Source of the DNA: Candidatus Termititenax sp.
GTDB lineage: Bacteria; Margulisbacteria; Riflemargulisbacteria; GWF2-35-9; DYQY01
Direction: 5' to 3'
Assembly: GCA_020719045.1 (NCBI GenBank)
Contig: DYQY01000004.1
Span: 268-64,267 of the forward strand
DNA: 64,000 nucleotides
The position numbers were made by a program, and so were the translations under genes. Shown here one piece after another: positions 1 to 13,395 of this stretch. The notes beneath the pieces are model-generated. The model saw only the letters and a list, made by a program, of their open reading frames with translations. It searched no databases and had not been told where the DNA came from. The stretch's first letter is position 1. The number at the start of each line of letters is the position of its first letter.

Positions 1-251
1 ATATATTTAACTATATAGCTTATGATTCAACATTTTACGCAAAAAAAGTAACAAGTGATATTGTGGAAAAAACTGAATACCTAACAGATAACCCATTCTT
101 AGGAACAATGGTTCAAGAATTAAAAAATAAGTCAATAAGACAGCTAATTAGCTATGATTATAGGATTATTTATAAAAATATTGATAATAATGCTTATATC
201 TTAACGATTATTCGCTCTAAACAAAATTTAAAAACCAAACTCACAAAATAA
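1..251 (+). CDS. RelE/ParE-family toxin, 5'-truncated by the window edge
   Basis: Frame is open from position 3 (IFNYIAYDSTFYAKKVTSDIVEKTEYLTDNPFLGTMVQELKNKSIRQLISYDYRIIY...). The pattern IA.DS..YA / P..G..V.E / YRIIY is typical of RelE/ParE toxins. Confidence 0.65.
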   Translation, partial: IFNYIAYDSTFYAKKVTSDIVEKTEYLTDNPFLGTMVQELKNKSIRQLISYDYRIIYKNIDNNAYILTIIRSKQNLKTKLTK

Positions 252-375
252 CCTGGTCATTCTCGCTTACACTTTGGCAAGCTCAGTGACCGCTCGACTC
301 AATATCTTTTAACCAGCCTCGTTAGTCTCACTAACAAAAAAATTGTAATTAAAAATAATTTCTTTATTAATAATT

Positions 376-428
376 AATCCTTCCCTTTTTAAGGGAAGGT
401 GTCTCAGCAATGCTGAGACGGAAGGGTT
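376..428. repeat. REP-like tandem hairpins
   Basis: CCTTCCCTT-TTT-AAGGGAAGG (379-399) is followed by GTCTCAGC-AAT-GCTGAGAC (401-419). This is a GC-rich patch in an AT-rich intergenic region. Confidence 0.6.
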
Positions 429-492
429 GTCGGTTGCAAATCCACTCATTTCATCAGATAATATATAAACAAACACATTGGGAGGAAATCAG

Positions 493-1047
493 ATGCAAAT
501 AATTGTTTCAGGACATAATATATCAATGACTAGTGCTTTACAGGATTATTCACAAAAGAAGATAGGAAAGCTAGACACTTTTTTTCACGAAGCGCTTGAA
601 AAAGGAAAAGTAGAACTTGAGCATCACGAAACCAAATCACCAGACAAACAAAATGAGGCTAAAGTAACAGTTCATGTACATGGCGCTATTCTTTCTGCTA
701 AAGAAGAACACTCAGACATGTATGCTGCTATTGACTTAATATTCGAAAAACTTGAAAAACAATTAAAAAAATACAAAAATAAAATGAAGGATAAAAGACG
801 TGATAAGACATCAGTACTTATTAATGAAATTATTCAACAAACAGAAAACCCTACAGATGAAGACCACGCTAATCCTGTTGTATACAGAATGACTACACCT
901 CTAAAGCCAATGTTTGAAGAAGAGGCTGTACTTCAATTACAAATTAGCAATATGGAATTCCTAGCATATTTGAATGCAGAAACTAACAAAATGAATGTAA
1001 TCTACAAAAGGAACGACGGTGACTTTGGATTAATTCAACCTGTATAG
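493..1047 (+). CDS. hpf: Ribosome hibernation promoting factor (long HPF)
   Basis: MQIIVSGHNI..T.AL..Y..KKI.KL, DMYAAIDL..EKLEKQL.KYK, and a C-terminal KPM..EEAVLQL...YKRNDG.FGLI domain. GGAGG SD precedes ATG 493. Confidence 0.92.
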   Translation: MQIIVSGHNISMTSALQDYSQKKIGKLDTFFHEALEKGKVELEHHETKSPDKQNEAKVTVHVHGAILSAKEEHSDMYAAIDLIFEKLEKQLKKYKNKMKDKRRDKTSVLINEIIQQTENPTDEDHANPVVYRMTTPLKPMFEEEAVLQLQISNMEFLAYLNAETNKMNVIYKRNDGDFGLIQPV

Positions 1048-1067
1048 TTCAAAGGGAAAAAGTATAA

Positions 1068-3599
1068 ATGCTTAATCTGTTTAGAAGGTTATTTTTTGGT
1101 AAAACACTGAATGATCAACTTAAAAAATATGATAGTGTAGTAGCACATATCAACGAGCTTGAGCCTAAATTTCAAGCTATGTCTGATGAGGAACTAAAGA
1201 ACCAAACCAATCTATTCATTGCTAGACTAAATAAGGGTGAAACACTAGAAAGTATTCTTCCAGAAGCATTTGCTGTAGTTAGAGAGGCATCTGTAAGAAC
1301 CCTAAATATGAGACACTTCAATGTTCAGCTTATTGGTGGACTTACTCTGCATGAAGGCAAAATAGCAGAAATGAAAACTGGAGAAGGTAAAACATTAGTA
1401 TCTACTTTACCTGCTTACCTTAACGCGCTCACTAAAAAAGGTGTATTTGTTGTTACAGTTAACGATTATCTAGCTAAAAGAGACAGCGAATGGATGGGAG
1501 CTATTCATAAATTCTTAGGATTAACGGTTGGACTTATTCAAGCTGGAATGAATCCTGACCAAAAGAAGCTTGCTTACGAAGCAGATATTGTATATGGAAC
1601 TAACAATGAATTTGGCTTTGATTACCTCAGGGATAATATGGCAACCGAGCTTTCTCATTGCGTACAAAGAAACCTACATTATGCAATAATCGACGAAGTT
1701 GATAGCATCCTTATTGATGAAGCTAGAACTCCACTGATAATTTCTGGTGTAATAGAAGAAGATACTGAAAAGTATCGAAAAACAGCTCAAATTGCCAAAA
1801 AGCTTAAGCCTGATGTACATTTTACAATAGAAGAAAAACATAAAAACATTATTCTTAACGAAGAAGGTATTGCAGAGACAGAAAAACTACTTAATATTGA
1901 ATACCTCTATGATATTGAAAATATGGACAAAGCACATATGCTTATTCAATCACTAAAAGCATTACATTTATTCAAAAGAGATACAGATTATGTTATTCAA
2001 AACGATGAAATTATTATCGTTGATGAATTCACTGGTCGACTTATGATAGGAAGAAGATATAGCGATGGTCTTCACCAAGCCATAGAAGCTGTTGAAGGGT
2101 TGCCTATCCAACAAGAAAGCCAAACCTTAGCTTCAATTACTTTCCAGAACTACTTTCGTATGTTTACAAAACTATCTGGTATGACAGGTACTGCTTTGAC
2201 AGAGGCTACAGAGTTTGAAAAAATCTATGGCTTAGAAACATTAGAGATCCCTACAAATAGATCTCTAACCAGAAAAGATGCTCCTGACGCTGTATATAAA
2301 TCTAGAAACGGTAAATTTAATGCAGTTGTTAAAGAAATTATCGAGCATCATGAAAACAAAAGACCTGTGCTTGTTGGTACTATCTCTATTTCCACTTCAG
2401 AACTAATCAGTTCACTTCTTAAGGAAAAAGGAATAAAGCATAGTGTACTTAACGCAAAGTTCCATGAACAAGAAGCAGAAATCATAGCAAATGCTGGCCA
2501 ACCAGGAAGCATAACTATTGCCACCAACATGGCAGGACGAGGAACTGACATCGTTTTAGGTGAAGGAATAAAGGAAAAGGGTGGACTAGTAGTATACGGA
2601 ACTGAAAGACATGAAAGCAGAAGAATAGACAACCAGTTAAGGGGCCGTTGCGGTAGACAAGGAGACCCTGGTTACACTAAATTCTTTGTTAGTATGGAAG
2701 ATGACTTAATGAGGCTATTTGGCTCAGATAAGATTATTGGCATTATGGAAAAGCTAGGCTTTGATGATGAAACATCTATTGAACACAGCATGATTTCTGG
2801 CTCAATAGAAAGAGCACAGAAGAAGGTTGAGCTCTACCATTTTAATATCAGAAAACAACTACTCGAGTACGATGATGTAATGAATAAACAGAGAGAAATC
2901 ATCTATAAACAAAGAAGGTTAATACTTGAGCAAACTAAGCTTATTAGCAAATGCTTTGAAATTATTGAATATCACATTAAAGCTATAGTTAGCAATTTCT
3001 TCCCTGAAAACTCAAGCATGAAAGATGTACAATGGGATGAACTTAAGAAAGAACTATCTATCCTTCTGCCATTTACATTTAGTAACTTAGAACAAAAGAA
3101 CCAACAAGAAACAATCAGCAATTTAATAAACCAATCTAAAAAATATTATGATGATTTTGTTTCACAAATTAACAAAGACGATCTTTTATCAATCATGAAG
3201 ATTATCTACATTCATGCACTTGACCTTAAATGGATAGAACATCTCAAAAACATGGACTACCTTCGTGAAGGTATTGGGCTTAGAGCTTATGCTCAAAAAG
3301 ATCCTTTACTTGAATACAAAAAAGAAGGCTATGAAATGTTTCAACTTATGATGGACAGCATTGAACAAGAAGTAATTACAAATCTGTTCAAAGTTAAAAT
3401 CATTTCAGAAGAAGAAATGGAACACTTAATGGAAGAAGAACAGAAGAAAATAAAAATAACTTCCTACGATAGAGATACAACCAACCAAAAGAAGATTAAT
3501 AAACCTGTAACAAATAAAGAAAACAAAACTGGCAGAAACGAAGCTTGTCCTTGTGGATCAGGTAAAAAATACAAGGTGTGCTGCGGAAAACAAATTTAG
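1068..3599 (+). CDS. secA: Preprotein translocase ATPase SecA
   Basis: MKTGEGKT Walker A, DEVDSILIDEARTPLIISG, ATNMAGRGTDI, and C-terminal CPCGSGKKYK.CC. Confidence 0.98.
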   Translation: MLNLFRRLFFGKTLNDQLKKYDSVVAHINELEPKFQAMSDEELKNQTNLFIARLNKGETLESILPEAFAVVREASVRTLNMRHFNVQLIGGLTLHEGKIAEMKTGEGKTLVSTLPAYLNALTKKGVFVVTVNDYLAKRDSEWMGAIHKFLGLTVGLIQAGMNPDQKKLAYEADIVYGTNNEFGFDYLRDNMATELSHCVQRNLHYAIIDEVDSILIDEARTPLIISGVIEEDTEKYRKTAQIAKKLKPDVHFTIEEKHKNIILNEEGIAETEKLLNIEYLYDIENMDKAHMLIQSLKALHLFKRDTDYVIQNDEIIIVDEFTGRLMIGRRYSDGLHQAIEAVEGLPIQQESQTLASITFQNYFRMFTKLSGMTGTALTEATEFEKIYGLETLEIPTNRSLTRKDAPDAVYKSRNGKFNAVVKEIIEHHENKRPVLVGTISISTSELISSLLKEKGIKHSVLNAKFHEQEAEIIANAGQPGSITIATNMAGRGTDIVLGEGIKEKGGLVVYGTERHESRRIDNQLRGRCGRQGDPGYTKFFVSMEDDLMRLFGSDKIIGIMEKLGFDDETSIEHSMISGSIERAQKKVELYHFNIRKQLLEYDDVMNKQREIIYKQRRLILEQTKLISKCFEIIEYHIKAIVSNFFPENSSMKDVQWDELKKELSILLPFTFSNLEQKNQQETISNLINQSKKYYDDFVSQINKDDLLSIMKIIYIHALDLKWIEHLKNMDYLREGIGLRAYAQKDPLLEYKKEGYEMFQLMMDSIEQEVITNLFKVKIISEEEMEHLMEEEQKKIKITSYDRDTTNQKKINKPVTNKENKTGRNEACPCGSGKKYKVCCGKQI

Positions 3600-3601
3600 T
3601 C

Positions 3602-4687
3602 ATGATAGAAGACTATGTATCCCGAATCGAAGAATTTAAGAATAAAGAAACATTACTCGAAGGTTACCTTCAGATAAATAAGCTATTAAACGATAAAGCC
3701 CTTTTAGAACGACAGCTTCAAGAAAAAGATATCTGGAACGACCATGACAAAGCCAGCAACATCTCCAAAGAAATTAAAATAATTGAAAACAAACTCAAAG
3801 AATTCTATGAGTTTAAAGAAAACCTTAGCTACATCAAAGACTTAATTACTTTAAACGACCAATCCCTTGAAGAAGAAATAAAGTCATTCCTTAATGAGAT
3901 TACAATAAAATATAACAAACTTGAGCTAAAAACACTTTTGAATAGTCCTTATGACCAGAACAATGTCATCTTCACTATAAATGCTGGTGTTGGCGGAACT
4001 GATGCGCAAGACTGGGCAGAAATGCTTCTAAGAATGTATAAACGATGGATTGAAAATAAAAATTTTAGTTACGAAATAATAGACATCTCAGAAGGTGACG
4101 AAGCAGGCATTAAAAGCGCAACGCTTACTATTGAAGGTGAGTATGCTTATGGAATGATGAAATCAGAGCATGGTATCCATCGTCTAGTAAGGTTATCGCC
4201 ATTTAATGCAAACAATAAGAGACAAACCTCGTTTGCTTCTGTTGATGTTCTTCCACAGTTAGACCTATCAAAAGAAATTAACATTAGACCTGAAGACATC
4301 AGGGTAGACACTTATCGTTCAAGTGGGGCAGGTGGTCAACATATTAACAAAACAGACTCAGCAGTCAGAATAACGCACTTAAGTTCTGGGATTGTTGTTC
4401 AGTGCCAAAGTGGCAGATCTCAAACACAAAACAAAGAAAAAGCCATGCAGGTTCTTATTTCAAAACTAAAAACCTACAACCAACAAATCGAGGATAAAGA
4501 AAAAAAGAACATTGCTGATACTAACAAAGAAATAAGCTGGGGAAACCAAATTCGTTCATACGTTTTTCATCCATATACAATGGTAAAAGACCTACGTACT
4601 GACCATGAAACAGGAAATGTTCAGGCCGTGATGGACGGAGAAATAGATTGCTTCATAGAGGCTTATTTACATTTAAGAAAAGACTAG
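3602..4687 (+). CDS. prfB: Peptide chain release factor 2 (no programmed frameshift)
   Basis: SPF tripeptide (RLSPF) and GGQ motif. Continuous ORF from ATG 3602. Confidence 0.96.
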   Translation: MIEDYVSRIEEFKNKETLLEGYLQINKLLNDKALLERQLQEKDIWNDHDKASNISKEIKIIENKLKEFYEFKENLSYIKDLITLNDQSLEEEIKSFLNEITIKYNKLELKTLLNSPYDQNNVIFTINAGVGGTDAQDWAEMLLRMYKRWIENKNFSYEIIDISEGDEAGIKSATLTIEGEYAYGMMKSEHGIHRLVRLSPFNANNKRQTSFASVDVLPQLDLSKEINIRPEDIRVDTYRSSGAGGQHINKTDSAVRITHLSSGIVVQCQSGRSQTQNKEKAMQVLISKLKTYNQQIEDKEKKNIADTNKEISWGNQIRSYVFHPYTMVKDLRTDHETGNVQAVMDGEIDCFIEAYLHLRKD

Positions 4688-4708
4688 TTAAGATAGGACG
4701 TATTAATA

Positions 4709-6709
4709 ATGGAAATACTTAAACGACTTGCAAAAAATAAACTATCCATTCTTCTTATTATTTGTGTTATAGCTTGCTTATACCCAATATATAATAAAAT
4801 AATATACGAACAAAAAAACACCAATATAGAAATAGCTGTAGATTTCGATACTATTAAAAACATTTACTTAAGTTCAGGTATTCACTACAACAACAGTCTT
4901 ACTAGCTATAAAGAAGCGGGTGTTACTTCAATAATCTTAAAAGAAGATAGTATTCGTAACCTAGTAAATGATGGAAAAGCAACACTTATCACTGGAAAAG
5001 AAATTATTAACATTAATAGAATTAGTAAAGGACAATACAGTTCTATATACTCCAGACTTCCAAGTGGATATTCGATTCAACCAGAACTTAACTACCTTAT
5101 AATTGATGAAACAAACCTTTATGAATACGCTAGAGCTAATTTAGAGATCAAACTTGGTAGCAATAGAGTTAAGAACTTAGGAAGCATTATTGAAGTTGTT
5201 GCAGACACTGAAGATTTACTAAATACTTCCATAGACATTAATCCAAACACTGTTTCTCTAATCTATAAACATGGACTATCTGTAATCCCAGAAATCAGCA
5301 ACTTTGAAGGATTTAATGAAGAACAAATATCTTCTAAAATTTCCAACCTTGCAGAAGGTGAGATAAAGATTCTTAAGTTCAAAGACAATGAAGCTCTTGG
5401 TTACAAAAAATTTATTCATACTACAGCACTAAAGATAAACACCTACGACAACTTCTTTGCTTTTACTGAGTTTATTCAACCTAAAGGACTAGGAAACCTT
5501 GCTCTAAGTGCACAGAATAAAGCTTTAAAGATTCATTATATTCCTGTTGGTAAAGATAACGAAAACTACGTTAACCGAGCATTAAGAGCAATTAAAGAAA
5601 GAAATGCATCAATTATTCAAATTGATATTGAAACAGATAAAAACAACTTCTCAGAAAATAAAGAAAAAATATATATAGAAACACTTTCTTTAATTAAGAA
5701 CCTGAAAAATCAGATAAATAATAGTGGTTATAAAACAAGTGTAATTGACTTCATTAAAAAACCACAAACAACTAATATCTTCATATTTCAGATAATTGCC
5801 TACATTACAGTCATTGTTCTAATGTTAATGTTTATTAGGATTTTTGCTTCTACTTTAACAACTATACATTCGCTATCAGTTATTTCAATTACCTCTATAC
5901 TTGGAATAGCAGCATATTTTACAGATAACATTAAGTTTTTTAATGAAATCATGGCATTAATAGCAAGCTGCGTTACGCCTGTGATGGTTTTCATAATAAT
6001 TAAGGAAATATTAGATAAAGATCCAACAAAAACAAGAAAATACATACCAATACTTTTATTAATATTTATTTCTACAGTTTTTACAGGAGTAATTATTAAC
6101 GTACTATTGTTCCACTACAATTACTTTGTAGCTATCTGGACCTTTAGAGGCGTAAAACTAGCAAGCACAATACCTATACTTCTTTTGGCTATCTATTTCT
6201 TCGTAAGACCAAAAAGAGTCAAATACCTGTATTATGTTCTTCGCAGGTACATTTCAGGTGTTGTCACGTTTAAATACCTTTTTGTTGCATTACTAGTTGC
6301 AGTATTTCTAATCTTTTATGTTATGAGAACTGGTAACTACGGAATACTAATTTTGGGAAAAGTAGAAATTATTTTCAGAGAGCTATTAGAAACTATTTTC
6401 ATTGTAAGACCAAGATCAAAGGAAATATTATTTGCTGTACCTCTTCTTATGATTGCAATTCATTACTGGAACAACCCTAAAATAGATAAAACGCTTAAGT
6501 CTCTTTTATTATTATTTTCTTCAATAGTTTCAATATCTCAGATTAACACTTTTTGTCACCTACACGCCCCATTCATCACTAGTTTATATAGATCCTTCCT
6601 TGGTCTAATAATTGGATATATCGTTGGCCGAATTATTATTTTTGCTTTTGATAAATTTGCCAGTATTGCTAACAAAATAGCTCTTAAGTTTGATTCATGG
6701 GAAAATTAA
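4709..6709 (+). CDS. DUF5693-like polytopic membrane protein
   Basis: N-terminal TM, large soluble domain, then multiple TMs with FRGVKL, RTGN, RPRSKE and NTFCHLHAP..SLYR motifs. Confidence 0.7.
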   Translation: MEILKRLAKNKLSILLIICVIACLYPIYNKIIYEQKNTNIEIAVDFDTIKNIYLSSGIHYNNSLTSYKEAGVTSIILKEDSIRNLVNDGKATLITGKEIININRISKGQYSSIYSRLPSGYSIQPELNYLIIDETNLYEYARANLEIKLGSNRVKNLGSIIEVVADTEDLLNTSIDINPNTVSLIYKHGLSVIPEISNFEGFNEEQISSKISNLAEGEIKILKFKDNEALGYKKFIHTTALKINTYDNFFAFTEFIQPKGLGNLALSAQNKALKIHYIPVGKDNENYVNRALRAIKERNASIIQIDIETDKNNFSENKEKIYIETLSLIKNLKNQINNSGYKTSVIDFIKKPQTTNIFIFQIIAYITVIVLMLMFIRIFASTLTTIHSLSVISITSILGIAAYFTDNIKFFNEIMALIASCVTPVMVFIIIKEILDKDPTKTRKYIPILLLIFISTVFTGVIINVLLFHYNYFVAIWTFRGVKLASTIPILLLAIYFFVRPKRVKYLYYVLRRYISGVVTFKYLFVALLVAVFLIFYVMRTGNYGILILGKVEIIFRELLETIFIVRPRSKEILFAVPLLMIAIHYWNNPKIDKTLKSLLLLFSSIVSISQINTFCHLHAPFITSLYRSFLGLIIGYIVGRIIIFAFDKFASIANKIALKFDSWEN

Positions 6710-7959
6710 AAGTAACAGGACCTACAAAACTATCAGGAGAAGTTATAATTAGTGGCTCAAAAAACGCTGCACTTCCAATACTTGTTTCAACTGTTTTATT
6801 TAAAAAAGATGTTACACTAACAAACGTACCTGAACTTACTGATATCATTACTGGTATTAGGTTACTAAATAGCCTTGGTATGCGGGCGGAATTTTCAAAT
6901 AACGAAGTAAGAATACAAGGAACTGATGACTTAAGACACATAGCTCCTTATGAGCTAATTACAAAAATGAGAGCATCTTTTTTTGTTTCAGGAGCTATTG
7001 TTGCCAGAGTGGGGATGGCTAAAATTCCGTATCCAGGAGGGTGTCTAATTGGTTCAAGACCAGTAAATATCCATTTAAGAGGACTTGAAGCATTTGGAAT
7101 TGAAACAAGTGTTGAGCATGGGTTCGTTATCTTGAAGACAAAAGGTCCATTAACTCCAGCCAATTTTAGGCTAGATTTCCCAAGTGTTGGTGCTACTGAA
7201 AATCTTATGATGACAGCTAGCTTAGTGGAAGGAAAAACTGTGCTTAAAAATGTAGCTAGAGAACCAGAGATTATTGCATTAGCAGATTTTCTTAACAAAG
7301 GTGGTGCCAAAATTAAAGGAGCTGGTTCTCCAACAATCACAATTACAGGAGTAAAAGAACTTAACTCTGTAAAATACAGTATTATTCCTGACAGAATTGA
7401 AACAGCTACTTTTGTAATGGCTGCAGCAACTACAAGAAGCGATATCACACTTAAAAACATAGATAAGACACAAATTCCTGACTTAATCGAAGTTATGGAA
7501 AAAACTAAGATTAAGCATGAGTTTCCACAGAACGATATTCTTAAGATTTATGCTAGCAAATCTCAACCAGTACCAATAACTATAAAAACTGGTCCGTATC
7601 CAGCTTTCTCAACTGACATGCAACCTTTACTTATGAGTTTTCTAACAACCGTACCAGTAAAAAGCGTAATTACTGAAACAATCTTTGAAAACCGCTTCAT
7701 GCATGTAATGGAATTAAATAGAATGGATGCAAATATTGATATTGAGGGTAATAAGGCTATTGTAAATGGATCGAACAAAAAACTATCAGGTGCTGAAGTA
7801 AAATCAACAGACCTCCGAGGCGGTGCTGCTCTTATCATTGCAGCCTTGTCAGCTGAAGGAACTTCTGTAATAGCTGGTATGCAACATGTAAATAGAGGAT
7901 ACGAGAATATTGTTAAGAAGTTCAAGAAGCTTGGAGCAAAAATTGAACATCACGAGTAA
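6697..7959 (+). CDS. murA: UDP-N-acetylglucosamine 1-carboxyvinyltransferase
   Basis: SGSKNAALP, MRASF, PGGC.IG.RP (catalytic Cys), DRIE, ETIFENRF, DLRGGAAL. Confidence 0.97.
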   Translation: MGKLKVTGPTKLSGEVIISGSKNAALPILVSTVLFKKDVTLTNVPELTDIITGIRLLNSLGMRAEFSNNEVRIQGTDDLRHIAPYELITKMRASFFVSGAIVARVGMAKIPYPGGCLIGSRPVNIHLRGLEAFGIETSVEHGFVILKTKGPLTPANFRLDFPSVGATENLMMTASLVEGKTVLKNVAREPEIIALADFLNKGGAKIKGAGSPTITITGVKELNSVKYSIIPDRIETATFVMAAATTRSDITLKNIDKTQIPDLIEVMEKTKIKHEFPQNDILKIYASKSQPVPITIKTGPYPAFSTDMQPLLMSFLTTVPVKSVITETIFENRFMHVMELNRMDANIDIEGNKAIVNGSNKKLSGAEVKSTDLRGGAALIIAALSAEGTSVIAGMQHVNRGYENIVKKFKKLGAKIEHHE

Positions 7960-9985
7960 TAACAATTACTTAAAAAGCATAGTTTACATCTCTCTTGGCC
8001 TATTAATGGTTATTCTTATCTCGATAGCTTACTTGCCAAAGAATCAGCACCTTATTGTAGGAACAACCAGCCCAGAGAATATAGTTAGTCCAAAACAGTT
8101 CATTATTGAAACATCTTCAGACCTAGAATTATCCAAAAAATTGTTAGAAAATAAAATTAAGGAAAATGAACCAATCTATAAAAGAGATTTTGAAAAAGAG
8201 AACCAAACAAAAAAAGATATTATTACCATTTTTTTTACACTAAATGATATAAAAGAAAAAAAATATAGTACTAACTCTATTGCATCTAGTAACCCAATAC
8301 TTAAACTTTCACCTAGGACGGTATCTCAGATGTCTAGGATGGATTATGATTCCCTTCGTTTTCTAGAGCTACTATCACAACAAATAGCAACCAATATCTA
8401 TTCTGAAGGAATTAAATCAGATGAAAACATGCAAGAAAAACTAAGTAAACACTTAAACCCATACAACAGCGTTCAAACCAGAAACAACTATGGCCCACTG
8501 ATAAATAGCATCCTCGGTTCACTTGTTTCTGTTAACATGGTCTATAACGAAAAAGCAACTTCTGAAAAAATTCAGGAAATTAAAAGGAATTTTATCCCAC
8601 AAACTACAACCATCAAAAAGGGACAACCTATTATTTATAAAGGAGATATTTTACAACCAATTAATTTGGAGATATTAAAGAAAACTGGTCTATACCGTAA
8701 CGGCATTAACTTCAAAGAATTATTACCACTTCTTCTTGGGGTAATTGCTCTTATTTTCATGCTTGAAAAAATGATTACTAGACATGTTAAACCAACAACC
8801 AAGCAACTACTGCTACTTATTTCATTACAATCTCTGTACTTTACTTCAATCTATTTTGTTAACAGTTTTGAAAAGTTTCCACAATTCTTTGAGCCAGGGC
8901 TACTTCTTCCCGTAAGCTTATTTTCTATCCTTATTTGTATGCTAATTTCCGAAAAGGTGGCCTATATAATTACCTATTTTAATATACTTACAATTCTGCT
9001 CCTGTTTGATTTTAATACCCTATCAATACTATACATTATGGTATCCAACACACTTACCACTGTACTTGTAAGAAACTTCAAAAATAGACGTTCAATTCCA
9101 CTTACAGGGCTTATTGTTGGAGCTATGTCCTTAGTAGTCATGTCAGTTGTTCTTCTAAATAGTTCTCATTCATCTCTGCAATTTACATTAATTCATTTAA
9201 CAATAATTTTTATCAACCCAATCTTCTGTTACATTATTGCAATCGGAACAATACCTTATATCGAAGAAATCTTTGGAATTACGACTAACCTCAAACTACT
9301 AGACTATAGTGATATGAACAATGATCTAATGAAAAGATTACTAAATGAAGCTCCTGGAACCTACTATCACAGCCTAATGGTTGCAAACCTTGCAGAATCA
9401 GCAGCAGAAAACATTAATGCTAATAGTATTCTAGCTAGAGTTGCTGCTTATTATCATGATATTGGTAAACTCAAAAAACCAGAATACTTCATCGAGAATC
9501 AAAACCAAGCTCAAAATCCACACGAATACACCATGCCATCTTTAAGTGCACTAACTATTCTTGGTCATCCAAAAGACGGTGTAGAAATTGCGAAGAAATA
9601 TGGTCTGCCAGTAGAAATACAAACCATTATTCATGAACACCATGGTAGCAGCTTACTTGTATATTTTTACTATAAAATGCTTAAATCCAGCATAAACGAA
9701 ATAGTTGAAGAAGAACAATTTAGATACACAACACCTAAACCATCTACCAAGGAAAGTGCTGTAATAATGCTAGCAGATGGTGTAGAAGCTGCCATCAGAT
9801 CACTTGACAACCCTACGCCTGTTAAGATTCAATCAATCGTTAATAAAATCATTAAAGATAAACTAGATGATAACCAATTAAGCGATTCAGACATAACACT
9901 CGTTGACCTAGAAAAAATCAAAAAAACTTTTATTAATGTAATAACAAACCAGTATCACTCCAGAATTAAATATCCTGATAAATAA
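7910..9985 (+). CDS. 7TM-HDIG phosphohydrolase (PgpH-like cyclic dinucleotide phosphodiesterase); start uncertain
   Basis: Extracellular domain, about 7 TMs, then APGTYYHS, YHDIGK, HHG and MLAD. Located upstream of ybeY, as in Firmicutes. Confidence 0.85.
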   Translation: MLRSSRSLEQKLNITSNNNYLKSIVYISLGLLMVILISIAYLPKNQHLIVGTTSPENIVSPKQFIIETSSDLELSKKLLENKIKENEPIYKRDFEKENQTKKDIITIFFTLNDIKEKKYSTNSIASSNPILKLSPRTVSQMSRMDYDSLRFLELLSQQIATNIYSEGIKSDENMQEKLSKHLNPYNSVQTRNNYGPLINSILGSLVSVNMVYNEKATSEKIQEIKRNFIPQTTTIKKGQPIIYKGDILQPINLEILKKTGLYRNGINFKELLPLLLGVIALIFMLEKMITRHVKPTTKQLLLLISLQSLYFTSIYFVNSFEKFPQFFEPGLLLPVSLFSILICMLISEKVAYIITYFNILTILLLFDFNTLSILYIMVSNTLTTVLVRNFKNRRSIPLTGLIVGAMSLVVMSVVLLNSSHSSLQFTLIHLTIIFINPIFCYIIAIGTIPYIEEIFGITTNLKLLDYSDMNNDLMKRLLNEAPGTYYHSLMVANLAESAAENINANSILARVAAYYHDIGKLKKPEYFIENQNQAQNPHEYTMPSLSALTILGHPKDGVEIAKKYGLPVEIQTIIHEHHGSSLLVYFYYKMLKSSINEIVEEEQFRYTTPKPSTKESAVIMLADGVEAAIRSLDNPTPVKIQSIVNKIIKDKLDDNQLSDSDITLVDLEKIKKTFINVITNQYHSRIKYPDK

Positions 9986-9987
9986 GC

Positions 9988-10404
9988 ATGAATTTACAGA
10001 TAAACCTTAACGACCCTGAAAGTATTCAGTATGAAGAACTTATTAAAAGTCTTACTGAGCACATTCAAAATAGAGTATTATTTCCAGATGGTGAGCTTTC
10101 AATTAGCTTTATCGACTCAAAAGAAATGAAAGAACTCAATAATCAATATCGAAGCAAGGATAAAGCAACTGATGTGCTAACTTTTCCTATTTTTGATGAT
10201 GATATTCTTGGCGATATCTATATTTGCCTTGAAGAAGTATACAAAAAAGCTACTGACTATAATTTAGAGAAGAAAGATCAATTAATAATGACCATCGCTC
10301 ATTCTTACGCTCATCTAACTGGATATGATCATAATGATGATAATGAAAGAGAGATAATGGAAGACTATGAGGACTTCCTACTTAAGAAGTATAAGCAATT
10401 TTAA
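9988..10404 (+). CDS. ybeY: rRNA maturation endoribonuclease YbeY
   Basis: LN.QYR.KDKATDVLTF, LGDIYIC, HSYAHLTGYDH (H3xH5xH). Confidence 0.93.
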   Translation: MNLQINLNDPESIQYEELIKSLTEHIQNRVLFPDGELSISFIDSKEMKELNNQYRSKDKATDVLTFPIFDDDILGDIYICLEEVYKKATDYNLEKKDQLIMTIAHSYAHLTGYDHNDDNEREIMEDYEDFLLKKYKQF

Positions 10405-10483
10405 CATGCATCTGACAATTGTATTTGATTTGTTCCTATCTTATAATAAAGTAATAAAAAAGGCTAAGAGGATAAAATAATTA

Positions 10484-13394
<2,911 letters not shown>

Positions 13395-13395
13395 A

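Noticed and set aside
3578-3601. Upstream start for prfB in the ORF track
   Set aside because: It overlaps the secA end. ATG 3602 gives a normal RF2 N-terminus.
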